A stretch of DNA of 64,000 nucleotides from contig JBAZRH010000001.1 of NCBI GenBank assembly GCA_041663045.1, positions 148,403 through 212,402 on the forward strand. Reading direction: 5' to 3'. The notes under the pieces were generated by a model, which had not been told where the DNA came from, did no database searches, and was given only the letters and a program-made list of their open reading frames with translations. The position numbers and the translations under genes are program-made. Below are positions 29,785 through 41,496 of this stretch, piece by piece; the first letter of the stretch is position 1; each line of letters opens with the position of its first letter. This stretch comes from Minisyncoccota bacterium. GTDB taxonomy: Bacteria > Patescibacteriota > Minisyncoccia > Phycocordibacterales > GWA1-40-21.

Positions 29785-30531
29785 TTATCTCTTTATTCTT
29801 TTTCCCTCTACAGAGTCATCGATTCCCTTATGATCTATGATAAATTCTCTCAATCTAACTTCAGCATCTACGGCGTTATTATATGCTTTTCTAACTTCCG
29901 CGGCTATCAATGGATTTTTAGGTGCAGATAATTTTGTACTACCATCTAGCAACTCAGCATAACTTCTTTGACCTCTGGCTTCAGATTTGAGTTGCAGATA
30001 TTCTTTTTCATCATCTGTAAAACCAACATACCTTGACTCTGGATTTAGAAAGTTAATAAAACTAGTCATCTCTTTTACCGCCTCTTTCAATATTTTATCG
30101 TCTCTTTGCTTAAGCTCCTCTTCAGAGAAATTGTATATCATCTTTTCGTTTATAAAGTCTTGCAATTTTTTCTCTGCATTTTGTAAATCGACTTTAAGAT
30201 TTTCAGCGTCTTCTGGTGATCCGCCAGAAGAGAGGTGGGCCAGGATAACACCTTCTGCGTCTTCTACTTCCTGTGATAATTTATCGAACTCTGTTCTTAA
30301 CTCGTCGGCATGCTTATCGATCTTTTTGTTGAACCACTTTAAAGACATTTCACTAACCCATTTGTTGTATTTAGCCAACAGACGAATACCTTTATATATT
30401 ATAGCCTCAGAAAAGCCTTCTGCTGTCTCAATATCTCTATCTAGTTCAGGTATATACTTCACAGCCTCATCATGGATCGTAGCCATTTCCTGATAATCTC
30501 TTTTTATCTTATTTTGATCAAATGATTCCAT
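29785..30531 (-). CDS. Hypothetical helical/coiled-coil protein
   Basis: 248 aa ORF tightly packed at the 3' end of the tandem array; no recognised motif. Confidence 0.7.
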   Translation of the reverse strand: MESFDQNKIKRDYQEMATIHDEAVKYIPELDRDIETAEGFSEAIIYKGIRLLAKYNKWVSEMSLKWFNKKIDKHADELRTEFDKLSQEVEDAEGVILAHLSSGGSPEDAENLKVDLQNAEKKLQDFINEKMIYNFSEEELKQRDDKILKEAVKEMTSFINFLNPESRYVGFTDDEKEYLQLKSEARGQRSYAELLDGSTKLSAPKNPLIAAEVRKAYNNAVDAEVRLREFIIDHKGIDDSVEGKRIKR

Positions 30532-30535
30532 AATA

Positions 30536-31615
30536 TTAATTATTAATGATTTTTATTATACCATTGTTGGCATCAACCTCTACCATATCCCCGTCTTTTA
30601 ATACCTTTGTGGCAATCTTGGTACCAATGACACAGGGTTTTTTGAGTTCTCTTGAGATAATTGAGGCGTGGCACATTATTCCTCCTTCATCAGTGATTAA
30701 AGCGGAACATTTTACTATAGCTGGCATTATCGCTGGGCTTGATTGAAAAGATACGAGAATATCTCCTTCGTTAAACTTTTTCATATCATCTATAGAATTC
30801 ACAACCTTTACTCTACCTCGAGCCGTGCCAGCAAAAGCGACATTACCTCTTATCTCTTTTATATCTTTATCAATTTTTTCAGATAGTAGTGATGGATAAT
30901 TGTCTGTAGTATAGTCGAATTTCACCAGCAGTGGGTTTTTATCTAGTGTCATTGCACACCATTTTGCTCTTCTCTCCAACTCTGTTTTATCTACAGACTT
31001 CTCTCCATTAATAATCTTTCTTAATTCTTCTGGGTGTATACATTCTGCAAGCTCTTCAGAGATATTCAGTGTTTTTATTGCTGCATCGAGATATTTACTA
31101 ATTACGTTTTTTACTATTTGCGGGTAGCGAGTTTCTTTCTTTAATTCCTCGTACATCTCTAGTGTCTTACCAAACACTTCTCTATTTTCGCCATTTTCCA
31201 AAGAAGTATTAATCGCATACAATACCCAAAAAGGTAATATAGTGCAGTAACCTAGATTCTCATTAAGTATTTCCATAACCTCATTGTAAGAATGTATATC
31301 TAGTTTAACTTTGTCATCAATATGTTTTAATAAAAGTTCATCTGCTTTCGTATTCAGTCTCTTGGCTTTTTCATACCAAGCTGTAAATGGTTTATTGTTT
31401 TTCTTGATCTGATTTAAAATATTTAATACAACTGCATCAATATTACTTTTTGTGGCGCTAAGGATACAAATACTATCTCTGTAAGCAAAAACAGATTCAG
31501 TAAAACCTATTCCTGTGGTGTTTTCTAAACATGTTTTGTGCTGCCAAATTGAGACAATTAAAGCAAAAAGCGTCATCTTCCTTTCAGCAAATATCTTTAA
31601 ATCTTGATTTTTCAT
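30536..31615 (-). CDS. PEP-utiliser His-swivel domain protein (module 7)
   Basis: TDEGGIMCHASIISRE. Confidence 0.9.
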   Translation of the reverse strand: MKNQDLKIFAERKMTLFALIVSIWQHKTCLENTTGIGFTESVFAYRDSICILSATKSNIDAVVLNILNQIKKNNKPFTAWYEKAKRLNTKADELLLKHIDDKVKLDIHSYNEVMEILNENLGYCTILPFWVLYAINTSLENGENREVFGKTLEMYEELKKETRYPQIVKNVISKYLDAAIKTLNISEELAECIHPEELRKIINGEKSVDKTELERRAKWCAMTLDKNPLLVKFDYTTDNYPSLLSEKIDKDIKEIRGNVAFAGTARGRVKVVNSIDDMKKFNEGDILVSFQSSPAIMPAIVKCSALITDEGGIMCHASIISRELKKPCVIGTKIATKVLKDGDMVEVDANNGIIKIINN

Positions 31616-31616
31616 C

Positions 31617-33098
31617 TTATTTTATAATCTTAATCACACCGTTATTTGCATCCACTTCCACCGTATCACCGCTTTTTAAGACTTTAGAAGCGAATTTTGT
31701 ACCTATTATACAGGGTTTCTTTAGCTCCCTTGCCACAATAGCCGCGTGGCAAGTGACGCCACCCTCATCTGTGACAAAAGCTGCGGCCTTTTTCATAAGG
31801 CTTAGAAAGTCTGGGCGAGTCATACCTGTAACTAGAATATCCCCTTCATTAAACTCTCCTGGGTTATGTGCGTCCATAACTACCCTGACAATACCTTTTA
31901 CAAAACCCTTTTGTGCTACCGTACCTTTGATCTCTTTTGTGTCTTTTAAGTTTTCAATTTTAGGATTGATTTTTTCCCAGAGTTTTTCTGCCTCTTCACC
32001 ATAATACATCTTTTCTTGCCCCAGAATATCATAGAAATAAATACACTCTTCCTTTCTTCCGTTAATATTAAAGTCATCTATATTTTTATTTCCTTCTACT
32101 ATCTTGTCTAATTCCCAAGGTAGTAATAAAGAAGCGTCGTCGTATTTTAGATTATATTTATCGCATAACCATTCCAAGTGAGCACCGAGATAATGATTTG
32201 CAATTAGATTGTACTCTTTCCTCCTATCTACCCACCAAGCGATTTTACCCAGCCAAAGTATTTTCTCATAGTCTTCCGGATCGAGTATATTCTTAATCTT
32301 AATATCCTCACACTCTTTTTGATGTACTTTTGCATAGTTTTCAAGTTCCTCAAGATTTTCTTTGGGGTTGAGTTTTATATCCTTCAGAATTTCAAGCAAT
32401 TGTTGAGCGAAGAATTCAATAGACAAAGCCGAAACGTTTTTATAATTATTTTGTATCCAGTGAAAAGACTTTTGAATCTTTGTCAGACCTTTCACAATCT
32501 TTGAATCAGTCAAAATGTCTTCCAGAGATGTATGGCCGTCTCGATTACAAGATAGTGCAAGTTTAAACAATTCTTGCCTGTAACGATTCAGAAAAGTCTC
32601 CCCATATGGTTCAATTAATATTCGTAAGGATTTTTCTTGGTCAGGATATTTTTTCAACATTTCGTTGAAGAAAGTCTCACCATATACAAGCACCCCGTCT
32701 ATAACTACAGCCGAAATGTACTCGGCATCATAGACCTTAATAAAATTATTAAAATTATTATGTAAATATTCCTCACCTTCTCTCTGTATATCTTCAATAA
32801 AGTCCTTAAAATCTTTCTCATCCTTTAAAAAATCTTTGTATACTTTGTCTAAAATATCTCTATTATTTATAACCTTCTCAAACGATTTATGATATTCATT
32901 TTGATCTGCCAAAAACTGTGCTTCGGCACCAGATTTTGTAATCCTTCCTCCACAAAAGCTTATCAAATAGTACCCCGGGTATCTTTCATAGGTACCTTTT
33001 GTCCATTGTTTGAGTGCATAGCCTATAATATATGGCGAGATTCCACTATTTAGTATCAGCCACTCTTTTACACTTTTAATTCTTTGATCAATTTCCAT
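31617..33098 (-). CDS. PEP-utiliser His-swivel domain protein (module 8)
   Basis: TDEGGVTCHAAIVARE. Confidence 0.9.
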   Translation of the reverse strand: MEIDQRIKSVKEWLILNSGISPYIIGYALKQWTKGTYERYPGYYLISFCGGRITKSGAEAQFLADQNEYHKSFEKVINNRDILDKVYKDFLKDEKDFKDFIEDIQREGEEYLHNNFNNFIKVYDAEYISAVVIDGVLVYGETFFNEMLKKYPDQEKSLRILIEPYGETFLNRYRQELFKLALSCNRDGHTSLEDILTDSKIVKGLTKIQKSFHWIQNNYKNVSALSIEFFAQQLLEILKDIKLNPKENLEELENYAKVHQKECEDIKIKNILDPEDYEKILWLGKIAWWVDRRKEYNLIANHYLGAHLEWLCDKYNLKYDDASLLLPWELDKIVEGNKNIDDFNINGRKEECIYFYDILGQEKMYYGEEAEKLWEKINPKIENLKDTKEIKGTVAQKGFVKGIVRVVMDAHNPGEFNEGDILVTGMTRPDFLSLMKKAAAFVTDEGGVTCHAAIVARELKKPCIIGTKFASKVLKSGDTVEVDANNGVIKIIK

Positions 33099-33099
33099 A

Positions 33100-34440
33100 T
33101 TATGAAATTATACGAATGATTCCAACATTTGCATCGACTTCTACCAGATCGCCATCTTTAAAAACTTGTGTAGCTATCTTTGTGCCTATTATACAAGGTT
33201 TTTTCATTTCTCTGGCAACAATTGCAGCGTGAGAAGTGATTCCTCCTTGATTAGTGACGAATGCAGCCGCCTTTTTCATTCCAACAATATAATCTGGCAT
33301 TGTCTCTGGAGATACGATAACATCTCCCTCATTTATTTTCTTTAGGTCATTAATGTCCTCTATAATTTTTACAAAACCTTTAACCTTTCCTTTAAATGCA
33401 ATGTTGCCGTGAACTATCTTTTGATCTGTAGTTAATTTTGGTTCAAATATTTTTAATACTTGCTTAAGTTCATCTCCAAAATATAGCTCAGAGACACCAT
33501 TTATGTATGATACTCCACTACATTCAAGACCGTTCTGATCCAGACGTTTTTTTGTATCTATTGGTAAAATATTTTTTTCTGTAAGATAGATTATTTCTTC
33601 CGGAGTTAGAACACCCAAATCTTCCCGTCTTAGGCTATGTCTTAATGCTACATTGTCTAGAGCCGCCCACTGATAATAAACCATTTTACCCGCAAGCTCT
33701 GCGTGAAGAGATCTAAAATAAATAAGTTTTTGTAAGATAATTATTTTTGATTTAATCTCTTTATCCAATGATTTAATATCTATATTTGGCGCACTTTCTT
33801 TGTCCATTGTCTTCCGTAATTCTTTCTGTATATCAAGTATAGTCAATCCATTTCCCGATAGACGTCCAGTTCCAAACCATTCAAAATCTTTTATAAAATC
33901 GTCAATACTAATCTTACTCATTTTTAGCTGATAAAGAGCCTCCTTATATTGCATTGTATATGTGTGTTTAAATGGAATAAGAATTTTTGCAAATTGATCT
34001 GCTGTCAAGCCGCTTTGAGCCGCGATCTCCGGGACAAGTTTTTCTAGACCTTTGTCACAAAAATGTATTAACATTGTAATACATCCGTTGTCTTTAAGTA
34101 ATTTCATACAGGAAACTACATCCCCATCTCTTTTCAGATTATTAGCTAGATATTCAATTTTTTCTGCGAGATTAAAGAGCTTATCAAACCAGGAACTGTC
34201 ATTAAGGAATTTGTCTATAATAAATTTGTCAAAGATTCTGTGGTCAGCATCGCGAGTGTATAAATATCCATCTACACTTAAATACCAATCTCTAAACTCG
34301 GGTGGTAATGATAAATCTTTGAATATCTGTGTTAGAGAAAAACCGGAATATTGGGCATTACAAAAGACATTACTCTTCCATCTACCCCAGAATCTCCACT
34401 CACTAAAATCTGGAATTGAACTATGCATATCCTTTATCAT
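33100..34440 (-). CDS. PEP-utiliser His-swivel domain protein (module 9)
   Basis: TNQGGITSHAAIVARE. Confidence 0.9.
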   Translation of the reverse strand: MIKDMHSSIPDFSEWRFWGRWKSNVFCNAQYSGFSLTQIFKDLSLPPEFRDWYLSVDGYLYTRDADHRIFDKFIIDKFLNDSSWFDKLFNLAEKIEYLANNLKRDGDVVSCMKLLKDNGCITMLIHFCDKGLEKLVPEIAAQSGLTADQFAKILIPFKHTYTMQYKEALYQLKMSKISIDDFIKDFEWFGTGRLSGNGLTILDIQKELRKTMDKESAPNIDIKSLDKEIKSKIIILQKLIYFRSLHAELAGKMVYYQWAALDNVALRHSLRREDLGVLTPEEIIYLTEKNILPIDTKKRLDQNGLECSGVSYINGVSELYFGDELKQVLKIFEPKLTTDQKIVHGNIAFKGKVKGFVKIIEDINDLKKINEGDVIVSPETMPDYIVGMKKAAAFVTNQGGITSHAAIVAREMKKPCIIGTKIATQVFKDGDLVEVDANVGIIRIIS

Positions 34441-34442
34441 AA

Positions 34443-35534
34443 TTACTTTATTATTCTAACCACCCCCTTATCCGCATCTACTTCCACCATATCTCCGTCT
34501 TTTAATACCTGCGTAGCGATTTTTGTTCCTATAATGCAAGGCTTCCTCATCTCGCGAGCTACTATTGCGGCATGGCTTAATATTCCCCCCTCGTCTGTAA
34601 TTATCGCAGAACTTTCTTTTATTATATAGATATCGTCAGGGTGTGTCATACTAGTAACTAGTATGTAACCTTTCTCTACAAGATGGTCTGAATTATTTCC
34701 TTGTATCTTATTAAATACTCTACCTTTAACTATCCCTTTGTATGCAGGGAAACCGTTAAGCTCTTTCTTTATGTCTTTTACTAAATAAAACTCTTCATAT
34801 ATTTTTCCAATCAAGTCTTTATCTGTCGAAGTCTCTTCGTATCCATCTATCGTCAATAAATAAAGATATTTCTCTCTTCTTAAATTTAAGACCTTTAGTA
34901 TGTCTATAATATTAAGTCTATTTCCAAGATAATCACCCATTTCCTTTTGCGTCAGATATCTCAGTAAATCTCCGTCAAAATTATTCATTTCCCCTATTTT
35001 GTGAGTGTATTCCTTTATCTTACTTTCTACTTTAGGATAAAATTTAGCAACGATATCTCTTTGTCTTGAAATAGATTCCACATCGATTGTCGTTAGTTTC
35101 CCTTTACTTGCTTCATTACCGATATATCTCCAGAAGCAATTATATATTCCAATACATGTCATATAATTAGAATATATGTTATTTATTAATTTCAAACTTA
35201 ATACTGGATCGTTATCATCCATCTTTTTAAATCTCTCTAAACATTCATTGAATGTGTTTATTGATGGTGTAAATACTATATCTCCAAGGTCTTTATAATT
35301 ATTATCAATGAATTCGCCGGTTTTTTGAGCGATCATCTCTTCATTAAAGAGTGTATGAAATTTTCCATCGCCCCCTATTCCGCAAACTGCATCATACGAA
35401 TATCCTAGTATTTTATACATTGGTTTTGTATATCCATAGAAAATACATGAAAGTGAATAAAGAGGCATCTCCCTTTGAGAAGTTGGTTTTAAACCTTTAT
35501 CTTTGATAATCTTTTCTATTTTAAAGAAATCCAT
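34443..35534 (-). CDS. PEP-utiliser His-swivel domain protein (module 10)
   Basis: TDEGGILSHAAIVARE. Confidence 0.9.
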   Translation of the reverse strand: MDFFKIEKIIKDKGLKPTSQREMPLYSLSCIFYGYTKPMYKILGYSYDAVCGIGGDGKFHTLFNEEMIAQKTGEFIDNNYKDLGDIVFTPSINTFNECLERFKKMDDNDPVLSLKLINNIYSNYMTCIGIYNCFWRYIGNEASKGKLTTIDVESISRQRDIVAKFYPKVESKIKEYTHKIGEMNNFDGDLLRYLTQKEMGDYLGNRLNIIDILKVLNLRREKYLYLLTIDGYEETSTDKDLIGKIYEEFYLVKDIKKELNGFPAYKGIVKGRVFNKIQGNNSDHLVEKGYILVTSMTHPDDIYIIKESSAIITDEGGILSHAAIVAREMRKPCIIGTKIATQVLKDGDMVEVDADKGVVRIIK

Positions 35535-35537
35535 TTA

Positions 35538-36977
35538 TTATAATATCTTAACCACCCCCTTATCCGCATCTACTTCGACCAGATCTCCATTCTTTAGCAA
35601 TCTGGTAGCATTTTTTGTACCTATTATGCAAGGGATATTTAATTCACGAGAGACGATAGCCGCGTGGCAAGTGACGCCACCCTCATCAGTAATTATAGCG
35701 ACAGACTTTTTCATAATAGGCACAAATTCTGGGCGAGTCATTGAAGTTACGAGTACAGATCCTGGAATGAATTTAGAAAAGTCTTTTTCATTTAGTATTA
35801 TATTTACTTTTCCTTCTGCTTTTCCTTTGCAACCGATATTACCTTTTATTTCTTTGACTTCTCCGTCTGCCTTATCGATATGGGCATAAATATTCTCTTT
35901 AGTCTTTTTATAATCTTTTGTAGAGATTACCCAGCCATCTTTATTGTAATAAACCCAAACACCACTTTTTCTCTTTTGTAATTCATCTGTAAACCCTTTC
36001 TCTAAATATTTTCCTGAAAATAATTCATGTGGAAATGAAAACACTAAGTCTTCTATCTTTAGACCTGCTCTTTTGAATAGAATTCGTGCAATATTATTTA
36101 AGATTGTAAGAGTTTGTTGTATCCCTTCTTTTCTTGAATCACGCACTTCCATTGCGAGTTGAACATAATCCAATAAAGTTTGTTCTTCTCCCGACAAGCT
36201 CTCTCTAAATTTCTCTAGATTTTTTCTGTGCTCGTCTATTTCATCTGAGAACTTCTTTAATTCACTCAATATAGCTTCTGCACCGCCCTTTTCGTCTATT
36301 GTCTGTTTTACTCTCGCCTTTATCTCCGATATATCCGGTGTTATATAGTAATTTGAGAAAACCCATTGAGCCGGATAACAATCACTGTCTTTATTTATCT
36401 CAAGTAAAGTTTTGTCATATCTTGTTACGAAAGATTCAAAAGTCGGCTGGGTTGCCGTCTTTATAAAGGTCTCAAAGTCAATCGTTTTATCTTTTAATGC
36501 TTCGTAGAGTGATTTAATCATTGCTTCGTCCATTGATTCTGAAAATACGGTTGTGACGAATAACTCCACCTCTAATTCAAAAGCTTCTTTTAGGATTTCA
36601 AAAAGTTGATTGTTATCTTTACTCTCAAGTATTTCCGGATTACTTTTGTCGTATTTATCTTGAATTTCAACTCTGACTTTTCTATAGCCGTTAAATTCCG
36701 GTACATTTTTTATACCTAACTTTATCAAGCGATTATAGGAATGTATCGTCATTTGTTGATATGCGGGTAGATTGAAGAAAATGCCGCCGTATTTTTCTTC
36801 AGCAAAAAACAAGAAAGATATAAAATCGAAGTCATAGTATCGATTTATAAATGGAGGAAAGCCAAGCGGTAGTATGCTTCCATATGAAAAACTAGAAAAA
36901 GTCCCTTCTTGAGAAGTAATCTTCCCTGCCATTTCTTTCTTAAACTTTTCAGCCAATTCTAAAGCACTTTTCTGCAT
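35538..36977 (-). CDS. PEP-utiliser His-swivel domain protein (module 11)
   Basis: [16 protein letters not shown]. Confidence 0.9.
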   Translation of the reverse strand: MQKSALELAEKFKKEMAGKITSQEGTFSSFSYGSILPLGFPPFINRYYDFDFISFLFFAEEKYGGIFFNLPAYQQMTIHSYNRLIKLGIKNVPEFNGYRKVRVEIQDKYDKSNPEILESKDNNQLFEILKEAFELEVELFVTTVFSESMDEAMIKSLYEALKDKTIDFETFIKTATQPTFESFVTRYDKTLLEINKDSDCYPAQWVFSNYYITPDISEIKARVKQTIDEKGGAEAILSELKKFSDEIDEHRKNLEKFRESLSGEEQTLLDYVQLAMEVRDSRKEGIQQTLTILNNIARILFKRAGLKIEDLVFSFPHELFSGKYLEKGFTDELQKRKSGVWVYYNKDGWVISTKDYKKTKENIYAHIDKADGEVKEIKGNIGCKGKAEGKVNIILNEKDFSKFIPGSVLVTSMTRPEFVPIMKKSVAIITDEGGVTCHAAIVSRELNIPCIIGTKNATRLLKNGDLVEVDADKGVVKIL

Positions 36978-36979
36978 AT

Positions 36980-38416
36980 CTATTTATTAATTATTCTTAT
37001 TATACCTTTATTTGCATCCACTTCCACCATATCTCCATCTTTTAGCACTTTAGTGGCGATTTTAGTATCTACTATACAAGGGATGCCTAATTCTCTCGAT
37101 ACAATTGCGGCGTGAGAGGTTAATCCTCCAGTATCCGTGACAATAGCGACACTTTTCTTCATAAGGAATATATATTCTGGGCTTGTCATAGGCGCTACAA
37201 GTATTTCTCCTTTATTAAAGACCGTAAGGTGGTCTTTTGGATCCAAGACAATTTTTATTTTACCTTGGACTATCGGCTTTTTACCGGTACTAGCCACAAT
37301 ACCTTTTATCTCTTGGATATTATCTGATATTTTCTCTTCGGCATATTTTTCCCAGCAAAGCATGCTTTCGTCGGTAGACAGTACTTTCTTTGATGGATTC
37401 ATAAAATATCCAACAGCTTTTTCTCTTCTATGTGATATTGTCGAAAAATCTTGTCTCTGTAAGGCCGATAATATTTCCTCTGCACTATAGTCTTTTAAAA
37501 TATCGATATCAATATTAAATCTTTCCGCGACTTCTCTGAGTAGCAATTCTTTATAGTGTAAATATACAAAGACATGTTTCTTCCTATTATCTTGCCAAAT
37601 TATCGCATCACAAAGCCCTTCCGCTATATTTACAATCTCATTTGATAGTTTGTATTTTTCAACAACTCTCTTTTTATTATTCTTTGCATCTATAATCCTT
37701 TCTGTCGTTTTCTTTTCTATATTTATGTCTATTTTACTTTTTCTATCCAGGAAAAAACTTTCGTTTAGTACTTCAACTCCGTCATAACTATTTTTAAGCC
37801 AAAAATAATCCTTCGTATGTTCTTTAATATCTTTTGATTTTACTAGATCAATCTCTTCCTTCTGGAAAAATGATGGCTCTTCTGGGGTGGTAAGAATTTC
37901 CATAATGGAAGATAATTCTTTCTCGGGCTTTACGTATCTTTTGAGTTTTTCTTCAAGCAATCTATCCGAACCGTAATTTCCAAGTTCTACAGGTATTGTT
38001 GGCAGCCAAAAAGATATTACTAAATCATAGAATTCTCTCGAAATATCATACAACTCTTTATTGTTGAGCCTTTTTAATAATTCCTTACTTATCTTTGCCT
38101 CTATTTTTTCTAGACTTTTGACATCTTTCTTCCACCTATCCATCAAAACTTTTCTTCCCTCTTTATTTAAGATGTATTTTATGAAGATTTTTCTACCAAT
38201 TTCTCTTAATTCACTAAAATCATTTAGCCATAGGATTTTACCATCCTTAAATAAAAGCAATGACTTTGGCCAAATATCACCCTCATATTCTTTTGGAAAA
38301 TCATTAAATATTGCATTGTCGAATTCGGAAACATAAAAAAGACGGGCTGGAATAGGTCCCCAACGAAACATCTCTGTATTATCAGAAAACGGCTTAAAAT
38401 CTACTGTATTTTTCAT
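36980..38416 (-). CDS. PEP-utiliser His-swivel domain protein (module 12)
   Basis: [16 protein letters not shown]. Confidence 0.9.
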   Translation of the reverse strand: MKNTVDFKPFSDNTEMFRWGPIPARLFYVSEFDNAIFNDFPKEYEGDIWPKSLLLFKDGKILWLNDFSELREIGRKIFIKYILNKEGRKVLMDRWKKDVKSLEKIEAKISKELLKRLNNKELYDISREFYDLVISFWLPTIPVELGNYGSDRLLEEKLKRYVKPEKELSSIMEILTTPEEPSFFQKEEIDLVKSKDIKEHTKDYFWLKNSYDGVEVLNESFFLDRKSKIDINIEKKTTERIIDAKNNKKRVVEKYKLSNEIVNIAEGLCDAIIWQDNRKKHVFVYLHYKELLLREVAERFNIDIDILKDYSAEEILSALQRQDFSTISHRREKAVGYFMNPSKKVLSTDESMLCWEKYAEEKISDNIQEIKGIVASTGKKPIVQGKIKIVLDPKDHLTVFNKGEILVAPMTSPEYIFLMKKSVAIVTDTGGLTSHAAIVSRELGIPCIVDTKIATKVLKDGDMVEVDANKGIIRIINK

Positions 38417-38483
38417 GCAACTTATAAGTAATATATTAACTCATTTTTGAGCTATTGTGAAGTGGGCTGTCGTATAGAGTTTT

Positions 38484-40013
38484 TTACTGTTTTACAATCT
38501 TAACCACACCGTTATTTGCATCCACTTCCACCATATCTCCATCCTTCAACATCTTGGTGGCGATTTTAGTATCTATGATGCAGGGAATCTTAAGTTCACG
38601 AGAAACGATAGCTGCGTGGCATGTAATACCACCCTCATCGGTAACGATTGCACCAGCTTTTCTAATTGCTGGCATTAGAAAAGGTCTCGTCTGACCAGCC
38701 ACAAGAATATCGCCTTCTTTCATCATCTCCATCTTCTTGTTTAATTCTTTCTCTATCCATGAGAACTTTACTACACGACCGATAACTTTACCTTTGCACG
38801 CAATAGTACCCTTTATGCCGCCTTTAGAAGAAGCAACTTCTGTAAAAAGTTCGTTCATTTTTTCTACCGCTGCCTTTCCAGAGTAGAAATGTACCTTATC
38901 TCCATAATCACTGATTAAATTTTTAGAGAGAAATAGATATGCTTCTTCTCTATTCTTTAATTCCTCCTCGGAAAGATATTTGTTGTATTTTACGGCATTT
39001 TCTAATTCATCTAATCTATATTGAACAATAGAATCTTTATTGATTCTCTGATCTACACTCTTTTCAGCTAATTCACTAGTGATTAGACCGAGCACATAAG
39101 CAGATTTCGTCCATGCAAAACGTATTTGCAGTCTAATAAGGCCAATTCTTGACAGATTATTACAAATGTCGACGATTTTTTTACTCAGTTTATACTTGTC
39201 TATTATTTTATCTTTTCTGTCTTTAGAGTCTTTCTGTTTGTCTATTAAGTCGATATAATCTTCGTCGAAATTACTTTTTATATCTCTATTAAGTCTCCTA
39301 ATATAATAGTCAAAATTCCAAGGATTGTTTGTCTCTACTGTGCCCAAGTATATATATTTACGGGAATGGTTTTCTATTTTGATTGTCTCTTCTTTTGTCA
39401 GGTTTTTTTCGGTAAAAACTTTTTCTTGAGAATATTTATCTTTCAACTCTTTTACAATTTGAAGCCACTCCAAGTGTTCTGAAGACAATGAATCTAATTC
39501 ATCCGAAAGTAATAGGGTTGAATATATATTGTCAGTCAAATCTTTGCCATATCTCTCTTCCAATATGCCTTGTACATATTTCTCTATATTTCTAACATAT
39601 TGAGGTTGGCAAGCGTGATAAATAGAATATGACTCTTCATAAGCCCGGAGCTTTTCCTTATATAGTTTAAATAAATCTTGAAAAGTAAGGCTCTTTATGT
39701 TTATTTTAAGAAAGTCATTATAAGAATTATCAGAAATTTCGATAGCTTTCTTTGAATCTTCTATATATTTTTGAGTTTTTGTTTTGTTTGTAAAGCGTTT
39801 GAAACCAAAATCTGCTGCCTCTTCCATTTCCGAGACTTCAAAATAAAACTGTGTACCAACGCTTTTTTCAAAGTAAAATAAAGCATTTTTTTCAACAACA
39901 CCACAATGTTTTTTTAACTTTGTATTATGAGAAAAATTATAAGAGATGGCTTGCTCACCGACGCCAGCACCCATAATACCGGCAGACCACATTTTTTGAA
40001 ATTTTAAAGACAT
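38484..40013 (-). CDS. PEP-utiliser His-swivel domain protein (module 13)
   Basis: [16 protein letters not shown]. Confidence 0.9.
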   Translation of the reverse strand: MSLKFQKMWSAGIMGAGVGEQAISYNFSHNTKLKKHCGVVEKNALFYFEKSVGTQFYFEVSEMEEAADFGFKRFTNKTKTQKYIEDSKKAIEISDNSYNDFLKINIKSLTFQDLFKLYKEKLRAYEESYSIYHACQPQYVRNIEKYVQGILEERYGKDLTDNIYSTLLLSDELDSLSSEHLEWLQIVKELKDKYSQEKVFTEKNLTKEETIKIENHSRKYIYLGTVETNNPWNFDYYIRRLNRDIKSNFDEDYIDLIDKQKDSKDRKDKIIDKYKLSKKIVDICNNLSRIGLIRLQIRFAWTKSAYVLGLITSELAEKSVDQRINKDSIVQYRLDELENAVKYNKYLSEEELKNREEAYLFLSKNLISDYGDKVHFYSGKAAVEKMNELFTEVASSKGGIKGTIACKGKVIGRVVKFSWIEKELNKKMEMMKEGDILVAGQTRPFLMPAIRKAGAIVTDEGGITCHAAIVSRELKIPCIIDTKIATKMLKDGDMVEVDANNGVVKIVKQ

Positions 40014-40018
40014 ATTAT

Positions 40019-41491
40019 TTAAAGTCTTCTGACAATACCTTTATCCGCGTCAACTTCTACTAAGTCTCCGTCTTTTAATACTTGAGTAGCAATTTTCGTG
40101 CCTATTATGCAAGGAATTCCGAGCTCACGAGAGACAATAGCAGCATGACAAGTGATACCTCCTTCGTCCGTAATGATCGCCGAGGCTATTTTCATAAGTG
40201 GAACATATTCTGGTCGAGTCATGCCAGTTACAAGGATTTCACCTTTCTTAAATTTACCCTTTTCTTCTTCAAAATTATTTAATACTTTGACGATACCACG
40301 CACCAGCCCTTTTGACCCAGTATGCCCTTTGATGACAGATTTCTTTGTATTATCTGTGTGTAATTTCTTATATTGTTCATTGAAATATTTAATAATATCT
40401 TTTTTGTTCTTTTCGAAATCATTATATTCTTCAATACGGGTATTATCACCACTGATTAGGATTATGTATCCTTTTTCTCTTTTCTTTATCAATCTTAAAT
40501 TATCTTTTAGATATTTAATACCCTTTTTAATTTCAGGAATACTCCAGAAATAAATACCGGATTTTTCGACTCCTGCTTCAGAGAAAAGCTTTTCACCAAT
40601 ACGATAGAAAATCGTTGTGGCTTTCATCAAGAAGTCCTTTCTCTCATCTCTTAAAGCAATGATAAATTGCATAAAAGTAACGAATTCTACTTCTTCTTTT
40701 GTAATCTTGCTAAGCCACTTATTGTATTTCTCTTCTCTTGCTTTGATAAGAGTAAGTTCTTTTCCTATTAACTTTTCTGCCCGTTTAATATCTATATGAG
40801 AGTATTCTTTTATAAGGTGTTCTTTAACTTCAGACAGTGGAAATATCTTGGCATAACTTGTTAAGAAGTATTGGCATAATTCAGATATTTTGTCCCAGCT
40901 AGTTCCGTCTTTAATAAGGCTCCATATATAAAGTGTCCTTCTTTTTTCAAAAGAGATTCCATTTGGTGTGATTGCTTTGTCCCAGATTTTATTAAGCCTA
41001 TCCTCGGATATATTAATACTTAGTTCGCGCACAAGTTCTGTGGCGATTTGCTTATCAAAATAAATACTAAAAAATACCAGGGCATTTAGATTCCATATTG
41101 TACTTTCGAATTTGTTAAATGTTGCTAAACAGGTAGGAAAAGTATTTTCCGAAAGATATTTATAATTAAATGACTGGTATAGCCTATCTAATTCTGTTCC
41201 CAATGAGTTAAATTCCTTTTTTATTTTTGTAAGAGTATTATCATCTTTCCAGTATTTTCTAAATACTTCTTTAGCTAAAGCTTTTTCCTTAGAAAGAGGT
41301 AAATATAACATCCCCCCACTGCCTTTAACTAAAAGAAGAAGTGTGTAAGGTAGCTTGTCTTCATAGTATTTAGAGAAATATTGAGAAGTCTGCCATCCCG
41401 CAGCCTGTACAAAGACTCTTGAATCCGTGATCGCGGGCCTTAATTCTTGTCCGTCCAGTTCATCTATAAATCTTTCAATGATATTGGTCAT
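40019..41491 (-). CDS. PEP-utiliser His-swivel domain protein (module 14)
   Basis: [16 protein letters not shown]; RDERK. Confidence 0.9.
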   Translation of the reverse strand: MTNIIERFIDELDGQELRPAITDSRVFVQAAGWQTSQYFSKYYEDKLPYTLLLLVKGSGGMLYLPLSKEKALAKEVFRKYWKDDNTLTKIKKEFNSLGTELDRLYQSFNYKYLSENTFPTCLATFNKFESTIWNLNALVFFSIYFDKQIATELVRELSINISEDRLNKIWDKAITPNGISFEKRRTLYIWSLIKDGTSWDKISELCQYFLTSYAKIFPLSEVKEHLIKEYSHIDIKRAEKLIGKELTLIKAREEKYNKWLSKITKEEVEFVTFMQFIIALRDERKDFLMKATTIFYRIGEKLFSEAGVEKSGIYFWSIPEIKKGIKYLKDNLRLIKKREKGYIILISGDNTRIEEYNDFEKNKKDIIKYFNEQYKKLHTDNTKKSVIKGHTGSKGLVRGIVKVLNNFEEEKGKFKKGEILVTGMTRPEYVPLMKIASAIITDEGGITCHAAIVSRELGIPCIIGTKIATQVLKDGDLVEVDADKGIVRRL

Positions 41492-41496
41492 AAAAT

